The notes beneath the pieces were generated by a model that was not told the origin of the DNA, made no database searches, and worked only from the letters and a program-made list of their open reading frames with translations. Below, piece by piece: positions 40,375-52,644 of a stretch of DNA of 64,000 bases; the first letter of the stretch is position 1, and each line of letters opens with the position of its first letter. The DNA lies in assembly GCF_020103695.1 (NCBI RefSeq), contig NZ_JAHXBF010000014.1, forward strand, positions 108,297 to 172,296, given 5' to 3'. The stretch is from Hyalangium versicolor. GTDB lineage: Bacteria; Myxococcota; Myxococcia; Myxococcales; Myxococcaceae. Position numbers and translations under genes: made by a program.

Positions 40375-40734
40375 ATGAGCATCGACTTCACCTGTCAGAA
40401 GTGCGAGGCGAGCTTCGAGTTGGACGCGCAGGATCTCATCGAGGGCACCGAGAAGCTGGTCTGCCCCCACTGCGACGCGAAGGCTCCCGCCAACCTCTCC
40501 GAGGACTTCGTCGCGGCGCTTACGGAGATGCGCGCTCAGATCGCCGTGATGAGCAAGAAGTTCTCCGTCAGCATGACGCTCGAGTCCGAGGACCTCGAGG
40601 ACGAACTCGAGGAGGAGGACGACGACGAGGAGGACGACGAGTCCGAAGAGGACGATGACGATCTCGACGAGGACGAGGACGAGGACGTCGAGGACGACGA
40701 GGACTACGACGAGGACGAGGACGACGAGCGCTGA
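40375..40734 (+). CDS. MJ0042-type zinc-ribbon protein with a polyacidic (D/E-rich) C-terminal tail
   Basis: N-terminal CxxC-N17-CxxC (TCQKCEASF...LVCPHCDAKAP). The C-terminal ~60 aa is almost exclusively Asp/Glu (EDLEDELEEEDDDEEDDESEEDDDDLDEDEDEDVEDDEDYDEDEDDE). Confidence 0.6.
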   Translation: MSIDFTCQKCEASFELDAQDLIEGTEKLVCPHCDAKAPANLSEDFVAALTEMRAQIAVMSKKFSVSMTLESEDLEDELEEEDDDEEDDESEEDDDDLDEDEDEDVEDDEDYDEDEDDER

Positions 40735-40847
40735 GCGCCGCGTCTGCCTGCCTGCCCTCCTGCCCGGGGGGCTGGCTAAGTGGCCGTCGAGCGGCCGGGC
40801 ATATTCCCAGGCCTCGCCGTCTACGACCCGGTGCGTACGTTTGGTGA

Positions 40848-41561
40848 GTGAAAACACCGAACCGCGCCGGTCTCTTTCTTGCTCCCATCTCCGCCGTCGT
40901 GCTGGCGCTGGTGGGGTTGTTGTTCCTCCCCGCATTCTCGGCCCAGCCGGCGTTTGCTGCGCCTCGGCCCCTGGCTGCTGTCGGTCCTGAACCCTGCGTC
41001 ACGGAGGAAGGCGGCGATCCCGCCGCGTGCAAGGAGCTCATCGAGCTCATCGTCCGGGACGTCGTCCCGCTGGAAGAGGCGCAGACGCACGCCGTCGTGC
41101 TGACCACGGCGGACGGCACGATCGTCCTGCCCGTCTTCGTGGACGAGGCGGCGGCCGTGGCCATCGCCTTCCGTCTGGCTCACATGGAGCCCCCGCAGCC
41201 GCTCGCCCAGGATCTGCTGGACGACGTGGTGGTGAAGCTGGGCGCCCACGTCACCGAGGTCCGCATCGACGACCTGCGAGGCGACATCTACACCGGCCGC
41301 GTGTTCCTCCAGCAGGGCAAGAAGCGCCTGGAGCTGGATGCTCGCCCCGCGGACTCCATCGCCATGGCGCTGGACGGCAACGCCCGCATCCGCGTCACGC
41401 GCAAGGTGCTGACGCAGGCCGGCATCAACCGCGATGACATCGACGCGCTGCACGGTAACGAGGGCCCGGGCGTGGGCGGCAGTGGTCCGGCCGAGACCGA
41501 GTCCGAGGCGGAGCCCGTCCCCATGGGCCACCCGACCCGGCACAAGGAGATCAGCCTCTAG
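40848..41561 (+). CDS. secreted bifunctional-nuclease (BFN/DUF151) domain protein
   Basis: GTG start, signal peptide (LFLAPISAVVLALVGLLFLPAFSAQPAFA), then a BFN-domain core (VVLTTADGTIVLPVFVDEAAAVAIAFRL...GDIYTGRVFL). It has an acidic C-terminus. Confidence 0.6.
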   Translation: MKTPNRAGLFLAPISAVVLALVGLLFLPAFSAQPAFAAPRPLAAVGPEPCVTEEGGDPAACKELIELIVRDVVPLEEAQTHAVVLTTADGTIVLPVFVDEAAAVAIAFRLAHMEPPQPLAQDLLDDVVVKLGAHVTEVRIDDLRGDIYTGRVFLQQGKKRLELDARPADSIAMALDGNARIRVTRKVLTQAGINRDDIDALHGNEGPGVGGSGPAETESEAEPVPMGHPTRHKEISL

Positions 41562-41590
41562 CCGGCGCCATCCGAGCGGCTCGACACGTG

Positions 41591-41626
41591 AAAGCCCGGC
41601 CCCCCCTCCCAGGGTAGCCGGGCTTT
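41591..41626 (+). terminator. Candidate intrinsic terminator after the BFN gene
   Basis: AAAGCCCGGC...(16 nt loop)...GCCGGGCUUU followed by CUUGUG. A 10 bp stem, 30 nt after the stop. The loop is large, so this is tentative. Confidence 0.3.
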
Positions 41627-41707
41627 CTTGTGCCGCGCGGGCAACACATTCGCCTCGGAGGATCGTGGCTGTCAAGGGACCCTCCCCCCGCCTAGGATGA
41701 GCCGCCC

Positions 41708-43111
41708 ATGCACAAGGCGAAAATCATCTGCACGTTGGGCCCTGCTTCGGACACTTCGGAGGTCATCGAAGGGCTCATCCGGGCCGGCATGAACGTGGCG
41801 CGGCTCAACTTCTCCCACGGGACGCAAGAGGATCACCGCAGACGGGTGAACACGATTCGCAAGGTGTCCCGCAAGCTCGGGATTCCCGTCGCCGTCCTCC
41901 AGGACGTGCAGGGGCCGAAGATCCGCCTGGGCAACTTCGAGGGCGGCCAGCTCGTCGTGAAGACGGGGCAGACGGTCACGGTGACGACTCGCGCCGTCCT
42001 GGGCCAGGGGACGATCATCCCGACGCCCGTGCGCTCGCTGCCGAAGGATGTGAAGCGCGGGGATGCCATCCTGCTGGATGACGGGCGCGTGCGACTGCGG
42101 GTGCTGCGCGTATCAGGGCGGGATGTCACCGCGAAGGTGGAGGTGGGCGGGCTGCTGAAGGACCACAAGGGGCTCAACCTCCCGGGCGCGGCGATCTCGG
42201 TGCCCACCATCACGGAGAAGGACGCGGCGGACCTGGCGTTCGGCCAGGAGCTGGGCGTGGACTACGTGGCGCTCTCGTTCGTGCGCTCGGCGGCCGACAT
42301 CAAGGAGGCGCGCGAGCACGTGGCCAAGCGCAACACGCCCCTCATCGCGAAGATCGAGAAGCCTCAGGCGGTGGAGAACCTGGAGGCCATCGCCTCCGTG
42401 GCGGACGGGGTGATGATCGCCCGCGGGGACCTGGGCGTGGAGATGCCCCTGGAGCAATTGCCGGGCATCCAGAAGCGAGCGGTGGCCGAGGTCAACCGCA
42501 TGGGCGGCCTGGTCATCGTCGCCACGGAGATGCTGGAGAGCATGGTGGGCAACCCCCGCCCCACGCGTGCCGAGGTCTCGGACGTGGCCAACGCGATCCT
42601 GGACGGCGCGGATGCGGTAATGCTGTCGGGCGAGACGGCTGCGGGGCGCTACCCCATCGACGCGGCGGCCACCATGGCGCGCATCGTGGAGGAGACCGAG
42701 CGAGGGTCAGCCTCCAGCCTGCGGCCCTCGTTGCTGCTCGAGCGCAAGGAGGATTTGTCCACGGGCGTGGCGGCGGCGGCGGTGGCGGCGGCCGAGCAAC
42801 TCGGCATCGACACCATCATCACCTACACCGAGCGAGGCCATACCGCGCGGCTCATCTCCGAGTTCCGCCCCCGGGCGCAGATCATCGGCCTGACGCCCAA
42901 CCCGGAGATGGTGAACCGGATGGCGCTCTACTGGGGCGTGAAGGGACTGCAGGTGGGGCGGCTGCAGAGCACGGATGCGATGCTCAAGCAGGTGCGCCGG
43001 CTGTGCCGCGAAGAGGGCCTCTGCAAGGTGGGACAGCCCGTGATCATCGTCGCCGGGGTGCCGCTGAACGAGCCCGGGCGGACGAACATGATGTCGATCC
43101 ACCGCATCTGA
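41708..43111 (+). CDS. pyk: pyruvate kinase
   Basis: MHKAKIICTLGPAS..., K+/Mg2+ site motifs (NFSHG; MIARGDLGVE) and a C-terminal effector domain. 467 aa. Confidence 0.9.
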   Translation: MHKAKIICTLGPASDTSEVIEGLIRAGMNVARLNFSHGTQEDHRRRVNTIRKVSRKLGIPVAVLQDVQGPKIRLGNFEGGQLVVKTGQTVTVTTRAVLGQGTIIPTPVRSLPKDVKRGDAILLDDGRVRLRVLRVSGRDVTAKVEVGGLLKDHKGLNLPGAAISVPTITEKDAADLAFGQELGVDYVALSFVRSAADIKEAREHVAKRNTPLIAKIEKPQAVENLEAIASVADGVMIARGDLGVEMPLEQLPGIQKRAVAEVNRMGGLVIVATEMLESMVGNPRPTRAEVSDVANAILDGADAVMLSGETAAGRYPIDAAATMARIVEETERGSASSLRPSLLLERKEDLSTGVAAAAVAAAEQLGIDTIITYTERGHTARLISEFRPRAQIIGLTPNPEMVNRMALYWGVKGLQVGRLQSTDAMLKQVRRLCREEGLCKVGQPVIIVAGVPLNEPGRTNMMSIHRI

Positions 43112-43116
43112 CCGAG

Positions 43117-43141
43117 GGCCACGGGAGCTGTTCCCGTGGCC
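43117..43141. terminator. Perfect 10 bp hairpin between convergent pyk and downstream gene (candidate bidirectional terminator)
   Basis: GGCCACGGGA-gcugu-UCCCGUGGCC, positions 43117-43126 pairing with 43132-43141. It starts 6 nt after the pyk stop and ends 10 nt before the stop of the minus-strand gene. Confidence 0.45.
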
Positions 43142-43150
43142 ACCGCTGCA

Positions 43151-43819
43151 TCACAACGTCTTATTCTGGAAGTCGTAGAGCTTCTCGACGGCGATCTGCC
43201 GGTAGCGCTCGACCTTGAGCGCCCGCATCGCGCAGTCCCAGACCAGCTCCTTGGCGGGGCGGTCCGGCTCCTTCTTCTTGCGCCGCTTCACCTCGGCCTT
43301 GATGGCCTTCACCGCCACCTTCGGGTGGTAGCAGAAGGCCGCCGAGAACAGCAGGTGCCCTCCGAAGGGAATCAGCCGCGCCTCGATGACGTCCCCGGAC
43401 TCCAGGCCGGCGATGGTGCGCCGCTCGGTGACGTCGAAGTCCTTGCCAGAGAACAGCTCGCGCAGGCGGATGACGCCCTTGCCCAGCTTGCGGACCTCGA
43501 ACAGCCCGTGCACCGTCTCCGTGAAGCTGCGGAAGGCGTTGGCCTCCTCGGGGGGCGCGGACTGCAGCCGCTGCTCGTAGAGCTCGGTGGCCGGCGTCTT
43601 CCCGGTGAACGGCGAGACGCGATCGTAGAGGTAGTAGTCCAGGAAGGACGCCATGCGGAGCTCGAAGATCTTGTCGTCCTCGAACACCTCGCCGGTGAGG
43701 CGGAAGTACTCCGCCTTGGCCTCGAGGAGGTCCGCCTTGCGCGGCTCCTGGCTCCCGAAGGCGATGAGCTGGTCCAGGTACGGCTGATACGACAGCGGTG
43801 AGGCGGAAGGAGCGTCCAT
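43151..43819 (-). CDS. conserved hypothetical protein, last gene of the carA-pyrC-pyrB string
   Basis: 222 aa with high coding potential and a Lys-rich patch (KRRKKKEPDRPAK). No motif recognised. It starts 14 nt after the carA stop. Confidence 0.5.
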   Translation of the reverse strand: MDAPSASPLSYQPYLDQLIAFGSQEPRKADLLEAKAEYFRLTGEVFEDDKIFELRMASFLDYYLYDRVSPFTGKTPATELYEQRLQSAPPEEANAFRSFTETVHGLFEVRKLGKGVIRLRELFSGKDFDVTERRTIAGLESGDVIEARLIPFGGHLLFSAAFCYHPKVAVKAIKAEVKRRKKKEPDRPAKELVWDCAMRALKVERYRQIAVEKLYDFQNKTL

Positions 43820-43833
43820 GGGGCGCGGAGATC

Positions 43834-44946
43834 CTACTCTGCCATCAGCCGGGCGAAACGCTTGAAGAGATAGCGCGCGTCGTGAGGGCCGGGAGAAGAC
43901 TCTGGGTGGTACTGGACGCTGAAGGCCCGAGCGTCGGGAATGGACAACCCCTCCACCGTGCCATCATTCAGGTTGATGTGGGTGACCACGGCCCGGCCCT
44001 TGAGGCTGGCATCGTCCACGGCGAAGCCGTGGTTCTGCGCGGTGATCTCCACCTTCCCGGTTGTCAGATCCTTCACGGGTTGGTTGGCGCCGCGGTGGCC
44101 GAACTTCATCTTGTACGTGCGGCCACCCAGCGCGAGCGCGAGGATCTGGTGCCCCAGGCAGATGCCGAAGATGGGCACCTTGCCGAGCAGCGAGGCCACC
44201 GTCTTGTCCGCGCCCTTCACGGCGGCCGGATCGCCCGGGCCGTTGGCGAGGAAGACGCCGTGCGGCTTGCGCGCGAGCACCTCGTCAGCGGACGTGTTGG
44301 CGGGGACCACGGTGACGCGCATGCCCTCGTCCACGAGGAACTGGAGCATGGAGCGCTTGAGGCCGTAGTCGTAGGCCACCACGTCGAAGCGCATCTGCGG
44401 CGCGGGCTTCGTGCCACCGAACACGTCCGGGGACGGAGTGGTGAAGGCGTAGGCTTGCTTCGTGGAGACGCCGGTGGCCAGGTCCAGGCCCTCCATGCCG
44501 TGCGCGTTCTTGGCGCGCTCGACGAGGGCCGCGGTGGAGTGGTTCTCGCTGGAGATGACGCCCATCTGCGCGCCGTGCGTGCGCAGGTGGCGCACGAGCC
44601 GCCGGGTGTCGAGCCCCTCGATGCCGCCCACGTTGTGGCGCTTCAGGTACGCATCCAGCGACTCCTTGGAGCGCCAGTTGGAGGGTTGCGGGGTGTAGGA
44701 GCGCACCACCATGCCCACCGCGTGCGGGTGGACGGACTCCTCGTCCTCGGGGTTCGCACCGATGTTCCCCATCTCGGGGTACGCCATGGTGACGATCTGC
44801 CCCACGTACGAGGGATCCGTGAGGATCTCCTGGTAGCCGAACATCGACGTGTTGAAGACGACTTCGCCGACCATCTCACCCGTGGCGCCAAAGGAGCGCC
44901 CCTCGAAGATGGTGCCATCCGCCAGCGCGAGCACTGCCCGCTTCAT
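43834..44946 (-). CDS. carA: carbamoyl-phosphate synthase small (glutaminase) subunit
   Basis: [21 protein letters not shown]... and the class-I GATase triad region (GICLGHQ). The ATG at 44946 overlaps the pyrC stop (ATGA). The tracked ORF has a 47 aa artefact. Confidence 0.9.
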   Translation of the reverse strand: MKRAVLALADGTIFEGRSFGATGEMVGEVVFNTSMFGYQEILTDPSYVGQIVTMAYPEMGNIGANPEDEESVHPHAVGMVVRSYTPQPSNWRSKESLDAYLKRHNVGGIEGLDTRRLVRHLRTHGAQMGVISSENHSTAALVERAKNAHGMEGLDLATGVSTKQAYAFTTPSPDVFGGTKPAPQMRFDVVAYDYGLKRSMLQFLVDEGMRVTVVPANTSADEVLARKPHGVFLANGPGDPAAVKGADKTVASLLGKVPIFGICLGHQILALALGGRTYKMKFGHRGANQPVKDLTTGKVEITAQNHGFAVDDASLKGRAVVTHINLNDGTVEGLSIPDARAFSVQYHPESSPGPHDARYLFKRFARLMAE

Positions 44947-46253
44947 CACCGGGCCTCCTTGATCTGACCGTCCGAGAAAACGAGCCTTCCGCCCACCCAG
45001 GTCTGGGTGACGCGCCCCTTGAGCAATCGTCCGTTGAAGGGGGTATTCCGACTCTTGGAGAAGAACCGCTCCGCGTCCACCGCCCACTCCGTCTCCGGGT
45101 CGACGAGCACGACGTCCGCCGGAGCCCCAGCCGCCAGGTGGCCGCCCGGCAGGCCGAATGCTCTGGCCGGGCCATCCGTGAGCAACTCCACGGCCTTGCT
45201 CGGGCTGAGCACGCCGTCGTGGACCAGGGCCAACGTCAAGCCGAGCGCCGTCTCCAGGCCGACCACGCCGTTGATGCCCTTCTCGAACTCCACCTGCTTG
45301 TCGAGCACCCCGTGCGGGGCGTGGTCCGTGGCGATGGCGTCAATCGTGCCGTCGGCCAGGGCCTCGCGAAGAGCTTCCACGTCGCGGCGCAGGCGCAGCG
45401 GTGGGTTCATCTTGGCGTGGGTGTCGTACTGGGCCACCGCCGTGTCATCGATCGTGAAGTGGTGCGGCGTGGCCTCTGCGGTGACGCGCAGGCCGCGCTT
45501 CTTGGCCTCGCGGACCAGACGCACGCTGCCCTCGCAGGAGAGGTGCGCGATGTGCAGGCGCCCTCCCGTCTCCTCGAGCAGGACGATGTCCCGCGCCACC
45601 ATCGCGACCTCAGCGGAGGGAGGAATGGGCAGCAACCCGAGCCGCGTGGCCGTGGGGCCCTCCGTCATCGCGCCCTTGCCCGAGAGCGTGAGGTCCTCCT
45701 CGTGGACCATGACGGGGATGTCGAAGAGCGTGGCGTACTGGAGCGAGCGCCGCATGAGGGCGGCATTCATGACGGGGCGCCCGTCGTCGGTGATGCAGAC
45801 GCAGCCGGCGGAGACCAGCTCGCCCATCTCGGCGAGCTCCTCGCCCTTGAGGCCCTTGGTGATGGCTCCCGCGGGGTAGACGTGGCAGAGCCCAGCGCTG
45901 CGAGCGCGGGAAAGCACCAACTCCGTCACCAGCGCGCTGTCATTGACGATCTTGGTGTTGGGCATGGCCACCACCCCAGTGAAGCCTCCCGCCACGGCGG
46001 CGCGGCACCCGGTGAGGATGGTCTCCTTCCCCTCCTCGCCCGGCTCGCGCAGGTGCACATGCAGATCGATGAAGCCCGGCAACACCCAGCGGCCCTGAGC
46101 CTCCACCACCTGCGCACCGGAAACCTGGAGCGGGGCCTCGGAGACCTGGGCCACCTTCCCGTCCCGGACGAGCACATCGCGCACACCGTCGACGCCGTTG
46201 CGCGGATCGATGACCCGGCCACGGCGGAAGAGCACCAGGCCGCTCACGAGCAC
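44946..46253 (-). CDS. pyrC: dihydroorotase (multifunctional-complex type)
   Basis: Amidohydrolase metal ligands ([10 protein letters not shown]; ...HHFT...; DHAPH). 435 aa. Confidence 0.85.
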   Translation of the reverse strand: MLVSGLVLFRRGRVIDPRNGVDGVRDVLVRDGKVAQVSEAPLQVSGAQVVEAQGRWVLPGFIDLHVHLREPGEEGKETILTGCRAAVAGGFTGVVAMPNTKIVNDSALVTELVLSRARSAGLCHVYPAGAITKGLKGEELAEMGELVSAGCVCITDDGRPVMNAALMRRSLQYATLFDIPVMVHEEDLTLSGKGAMTEGPTATRLGLLPIPPSAEVAMVARDIVLLEETGGRLHIAHLSCEGSVRLVREAKKRGLRVTAEATPHHFTIDDTAVAQYDTHAKMNPPLRLRRDVEALREALADGTIDAIATDHAPHGVLDKQVEFEKGINGVVGLETALGLTLALVHDGVLSPSKAVELLTDGPARAFGLPGGHLAAGAPADVVLVDPETEWAVDAERFFSKSRNTPFNGRLLKGRVTQTWVGGRLVFSDGQIKEAR

Positions 46254-47134
46254 ACCTCCAGGATGGCCCGGCGCACGGCGACCCCGTTGGCCACCTGCTC
46301 CAGGATGACGCTGCGAGCCCCGTCCGCCACCGCGGGCGCCAGCTCCACACCGCGATTGATGGGGCCCGGGTGCATGATCAGCGCCCCAGGCTTCATCCGG
46401 TCAGAGCGGGCCGGGTTGAGCCCGAAGAGCCGGGCGAACTCGCGCGTGGAGGGAAAGAAAGACTCCGTCTGACGCTCGACCTGGAGCCGCAGACACATCA
46501 CCGCGTCCGCGTGAGGCAGTGCCTCGTCCAGCTTCGTCGTCACCTCCGCGCCCATGTCCTTCAAGCCCACGGGCAGCAGCGTGGGCGGGCCACACACGAC
46601 CACGCGGGCCCCGAGCGCCGTGAGGCACAGGATGTTCGAGCGCGCCACGCGGCTGTGGAGGATGTCCCCGACGATGAGCACGGTGCGGCCATCCAGCGGG
46701 CCCCAGTGCCGGCGCAGCGTGAAGGCATCCAGCAAGGCCTGCGAAGGGTGCTCGTGGGTGCCATCCCCGGCGTTGATGACGGCGCAGCGCACGTGGCGCG
46801 CGGCCAGGTGCGGAGCACCCGAGGAGCGGTGGCGGATGACGAGCGCCACGGGACCAGTGGCCTCGATGTTCCGCACGGTGTCCAGGAGCGTCTCTCCCTT
46901 GGACACCGAGGATCCCTGAGCCGTCCAGTTGAGCACCTGGGCGCCGAGTGACTTGGCGGCGATCTCGAAGGAAGTACGGGTGCGGGTGGAGTCCTCGAAG
47001 AAGAGGTTGGCCACCACCTTGCCCTGAAGAATGGAGGAGCTGGCCGAGCCGCCCGGTAGATGGGCCTCAGCCCGATCGAGCAGCGTCTCGATCTCCTCCC
47101 GCCGCCAGCCGTCGATTCCGAGCAGGTGTCGCAT
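46244..47134 (-). CDS. pyrB: aspartate carbamoyltransferase catalytic subunit
   Basis: STRTR carbamoyl-phosphate motif (FFEDSTRTRTSFE) and HPGP/HxLP regions. 296 aa. Confidence 0.9.
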   Translation of the reverse strand: MRHLLGIDGWRREEIETLLDRAEAHLPGGSASSSILQGKVVANLFFEDSTRTRTSFEIAAKSLGAQVLNWTAQGSSVSKGETLLDTVRNIEATGPVALVIRHRSSGAPHLAARHVRCAVINAGDGTHEHPSQALLDAFTLRRHWGPLDGRTVLIVGDILHSRVARSNILCLTALGARVVVCGPPTLLPVGLKDMGAEVTTKLDEALPHADAVMCLRLQVERQTESFFPSTREFARLFGLNPARSDRMKPGALIMHPGPINRGVELAPAVADGARSVILEQVANGVAVRRAILEVCS

Positions 47135-47192
47135 AGAGCCGGGGCTGCGCCCTAGCAGTGCCGACGCGGAGGGTCAAGCATCAGCGGCTTTC

Positions 47193-48428
47193 TCACCGAA
47201 CAGGCTCGAAGAACCGGTCGAGTCGCAGGCCGGTTCCGTCGAAGAGGCCACTCAACACGCCTCCGTAACCCAGGGACAACCACACCACCATGGCCTTGCC
47301 CTTGATGTTGCCGTAGGGGACGTAGGCCGGCGGGTGACCCTGGCCGACGAAGCCGACGCGACTGTCGGAGCTGTTGTCGCGGTTGTCGCCCATGACGAAG
47401 ACGTGACCCTCGGGGACGATGAACGGGCCCTCGTTGCGCGGGGTGACGGGGCGCGGACTCTGGAGCACCGCGTGGTTCACGCCGTCCAGGGTCTCCCGGT
47501 AGTAGACCACCTCGTCATCGGCCCACTGCCCTCCCTCCAGGTTGTGGACGATGAAGTCCTTGGACACGAGGTCGCGGCGCTGCGGCACACCGTTGACGTA
47601 GACCTGCTCGTTGACGAGCTCGATGCGGTCGCCGGGGATGCCGACGATGCGCTTGATGAAGTCCTTGTCCGTCTCGATGGGGTTGTTGAAGACGATCACG
47701 TCCCCGCGAGCCGGCGCCCGGACGATCTGGAACGGGACCTTGTTCATGAACGGGATGCGCACCCCGTAGATGAACTTGTTGACGAAGACCTGGTCACCGA
47801 TCTCCAGCGTGGGGAGCATGGAGCCCGAGGGGATGCGGTACGGCTCGATGAAGATGGTGCGGATGAGCAGCGCGATGAGCAGCGCCTTCACGAAGCCGGA
47901 CACCGTCTCCCAGCCGGACTGCTTGCGGTAGGCACCCAGCAGCTCCTCGTGGAGCTTGTCGAGTGCTTTGACTTCCTTCTCCAGCCGGGGCACGTCCGCG
48001 GCCAGGGAGGCGTCCTCCACCCGCATGGCCTGCTCAGCGATGCGCTCGGTGGTGCCATCCAGGAGCTTGCCGGGCACGCGCGCGAAGATGCGCTCGGCCT
48101 CGTGGAACAGCTCGCGCGCCTCGTGGCGACACTTGCGCAGCGCCTGCTCGCGCTTGGAGGACAGGCGCCAGCCGAGCAGCGCTACCCAGTAGAAGAACAT
48201 GGCCGCGCCGAAGAACTGCATGGCGGGCTTGGCCCAGCTGGCGGCGGCCGGAGAGCTCTCGATGACGAACAGGTACGGGATGAACATGATCCCGACGAGC
48301 GTCAGCGGAGCCCAGAGGCTGGTGAGCAGTTGCCGCCAGGCCAGCAGCCGCCGGGCCCGGAGCTGCTCCGGGGTGCGGCGGGCGGTGATCGCCTCTCCCA
48401 GCTTGATCGGCGTGGACGCGGCGGTCAT
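47193..48428 (-). CDS. lepB: signal peptidase I with an extended N-terminal membrane/cytoplasmic region
   Basis: Catalytic Ser box (IPSGSMLPTL), Lys box and GDNRDNSSDSR box. A ~170 aa N-terminal extension with two TM helices and a long helical loop. Confidence 0.8.
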   Translation of the reverse strand: MTAASTPIKLGEAITARRTPEQLRARRLLAWRQLLTSLWAPLTLVGIMFIPYLFVIESSPAAASWAKPAMQFFGAAMFFYWVALLGWRLSSKREQALRKCRHEARELFHEAERIFARVPGKLLDGTTERIAEQAMRVEDASLAADVPRLEKEVKALDKLHEELLGAYRKQSGWETVSGFVKALLIALLIRTIFIEPYRIPSGSMLPTLEIGDQVFVNKFIYGVRIPFMNKVPFQIVRAPARGDVIVFNNPIETDKDFIKRIVGIPGDRIELVNEQVYVNGVPQRRDLVSKDFIVHNLEGGQWADDEVVYYRETLDGVNHAVLQSPRPVTPRNEGPFIVPEGHVFVMGDNRDNSSDSRVGFVGQGHPPAYVPYGNIKGKAMVVWLSLGYGGVLSGLFDGTGLRLDRFFEPVR

Positions 48429-50240
<1,812 letters not shown>

Positions 50241-50393
50241 GGATTCAGGGCTCTTCGGTGTGCGTCGAAGCGCGCGTCAGTAACACTGAACCCGTACAAA
50301 ATCCATGCATCCGCGCGTCCGCTGACCAGACTTCCAGTCAGCGGAGTGCCTGTCATGTCGGGCACTTGGCTCGCTGCGGCGTAGCCAGACGCC

Positions 50394-51371
50394 CTACCCG
50401 GCCGCCCGGGAAGGCTCACGGGCCTTGGCGCGGAAGTACTCCACCGTCTTGCGGAGCCCGTCGGCCAGGGCCACGGTCGGCCGCCAGCCGAGCACCTTCT
50501 GCGCGAGCGCCGGAGTGATGCACGAGCGGCGCTGCTCGCCCGGCTTGCCCGGAGCGTGGGTGACGGGAGTGGTGGAGCCAGCGCCCTCGGCCAGCAGGGC
50601 GTAGAGGCGGTTGATGTCCGTCTCGATGCCGGTGCCGATGTTGATCGCGCCCACGTAGTCCTTCTCGAAGGCCAGCAGGTTGGCCCGGGCCACATCCGGC
50701 CCGAAGACGAAGTCGCGCGTCTGCCCGCCGTCACCGAAGATGGTGCACTCGCGGCCGGCGACGAGGCGCTGGGCGAAGATGGCCACCACGCCAGCCTCGC
50801 CGTGCGGATTCTGCCGGGGACCGTAGACGTTGGCGTAGCGCAGGGCCACGTAGTCCAGCCCGTATTGGGCCTTGTAGTAGCCCAGGTAGAGCTCGCCCGA
50901 AGCCTTGGACACACCGTACGGAGACACGGGGCGCGTCGGATGGGACTCGGGCGCGGGGAAGATGTCCTGCTCGCCGTAGATGGCGCCGCCGGTGGAACTG
51001 AAGATGACCTTCTTCACGCCGGCGGTGCGCGCGGCCTCCAGGAGATTGAGGAAGCCCAGGATGTTGGCGTCGGCGTCGAAGCGGGGATCCTCCACGCTGC
51101 GACGCACGTCCATCTGCGCGGCCAGGTGGCAGATGGCCTGTGGGCGCTCGGAGCGGATGAGCTCAGCGGCCTCGGGGCTGCGGATATCCAGCACCGCCAG
51201 CTTCACGCGAGGGTCCAGGTTCTCCCGTCGACCACTCGACAGGTTGTCGAGGGCGACCACCTCGTGTCCCGCGCGCAGGAACTCATCGCACACGTGGGAT
51301 CCGATGAAACCCGCACCTCCCGTCACCAGCACTTTCACGCTGACACTCCCGCCACCGCCCGTGGCTCTCAA
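50394..51371 (-). CDS. NAD-dependent nucleotide-sugar epimerase/dehydratase (GalE-like SDR)
   Basis: VLVTGGAGFIGSH Rossmann motif and YxxxK (SPYGVSKASGE). The start may be an internal GTG just before VKVLVTGG. Confidence 0.75.
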   Translation of the reverse strand: MRATGGGGSVSVKVLVTGGAGFIGSHVCDEFLRAGHEVVALDNLSSGRRENLDPRVKLAVLDIRSPEAAELIRSERPQAICHLAAQMDVRRSVEDPRFDADANILGFLNLLEAARTAGVKKVIFSSTGGAIYGEQDIFPAPESHPTRPVSPYGVSKASGELYLGYYKAQYGLDYVALRYANVYGPRQNPHGEAGVVAIFAQRLVAGRECTIFGDGGQTRDFVFGPDVARANLLAFEKDYVGAINIGTGIETDINRLYALLAEGAGSTTPVTHAPGKPGEQRRSCITPALAQKVLGWRPTVALADGLRKTVEYFRAKAREPSRAAG

Positions 51372-51392
51372 AAGTCCAGAATCGTCGCCAAC

Positions 51393-52358
<966 letters not shown>

Positions 52359-52365
52359 CCGCCCC

Positions 52366-52551
52366 TTACTCCGTGAGCTCGTCGAACGTGGCCTGGCCGG
52401 GCAGCTGCGCCTTGTACTTGTCGAGCACCAGATCGATCCCCTGCCGGATGTACTCGGCCACGGGCACCTTGGTCTTCTGGTTCAACGCCTTGAGGCGCTC
52501 GTTCTGCTCGGGGGTGATGTAGATGGTGGTGCTGATCTTCTTTCGAGCCAT
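52366..52551 (-). CDS. ribbon-helix-helix (CopG/Arc/MetJ-family) DNA-binding protein
   Basis: 61 aa. N-terminal beta-strand plus two helices ([40 protein letters not shown]). The stop is 8 nt upstream of the UXS start. Confidence 0.6.
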   Translation of the reverse strand: MARKKISTTIYITPEQNERLKALNQKTKVPVAEYIRQGIDLVLDKYKAQLPGQATFDELTE

Positions 52552-52644
52552 GGCGATATGTGAAAATATATGGAATGACGTGGCCCGTGAAGGAAACGGC
52601 TGCGCCCCCCGTGGGTGGGCCGATCGAGCCCTCCGGGAGCAGGC

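Noticed and set aside
40560-40735. GAGGACGAC-type nucleotide repeat (possible CRISPR or satellite)
   Set aside because: It is a triplet-periodic tract encoding the polyacidic tail of the zinc-ribbon protein, in frame with a clear start. There is no spacer/repeat architecture, so it is not a CRISPR array. Likewise the GCGGCGGCG-type tract at about 54000-54400 encodes the Ala/Pro-rich linker of the SPOR protein.
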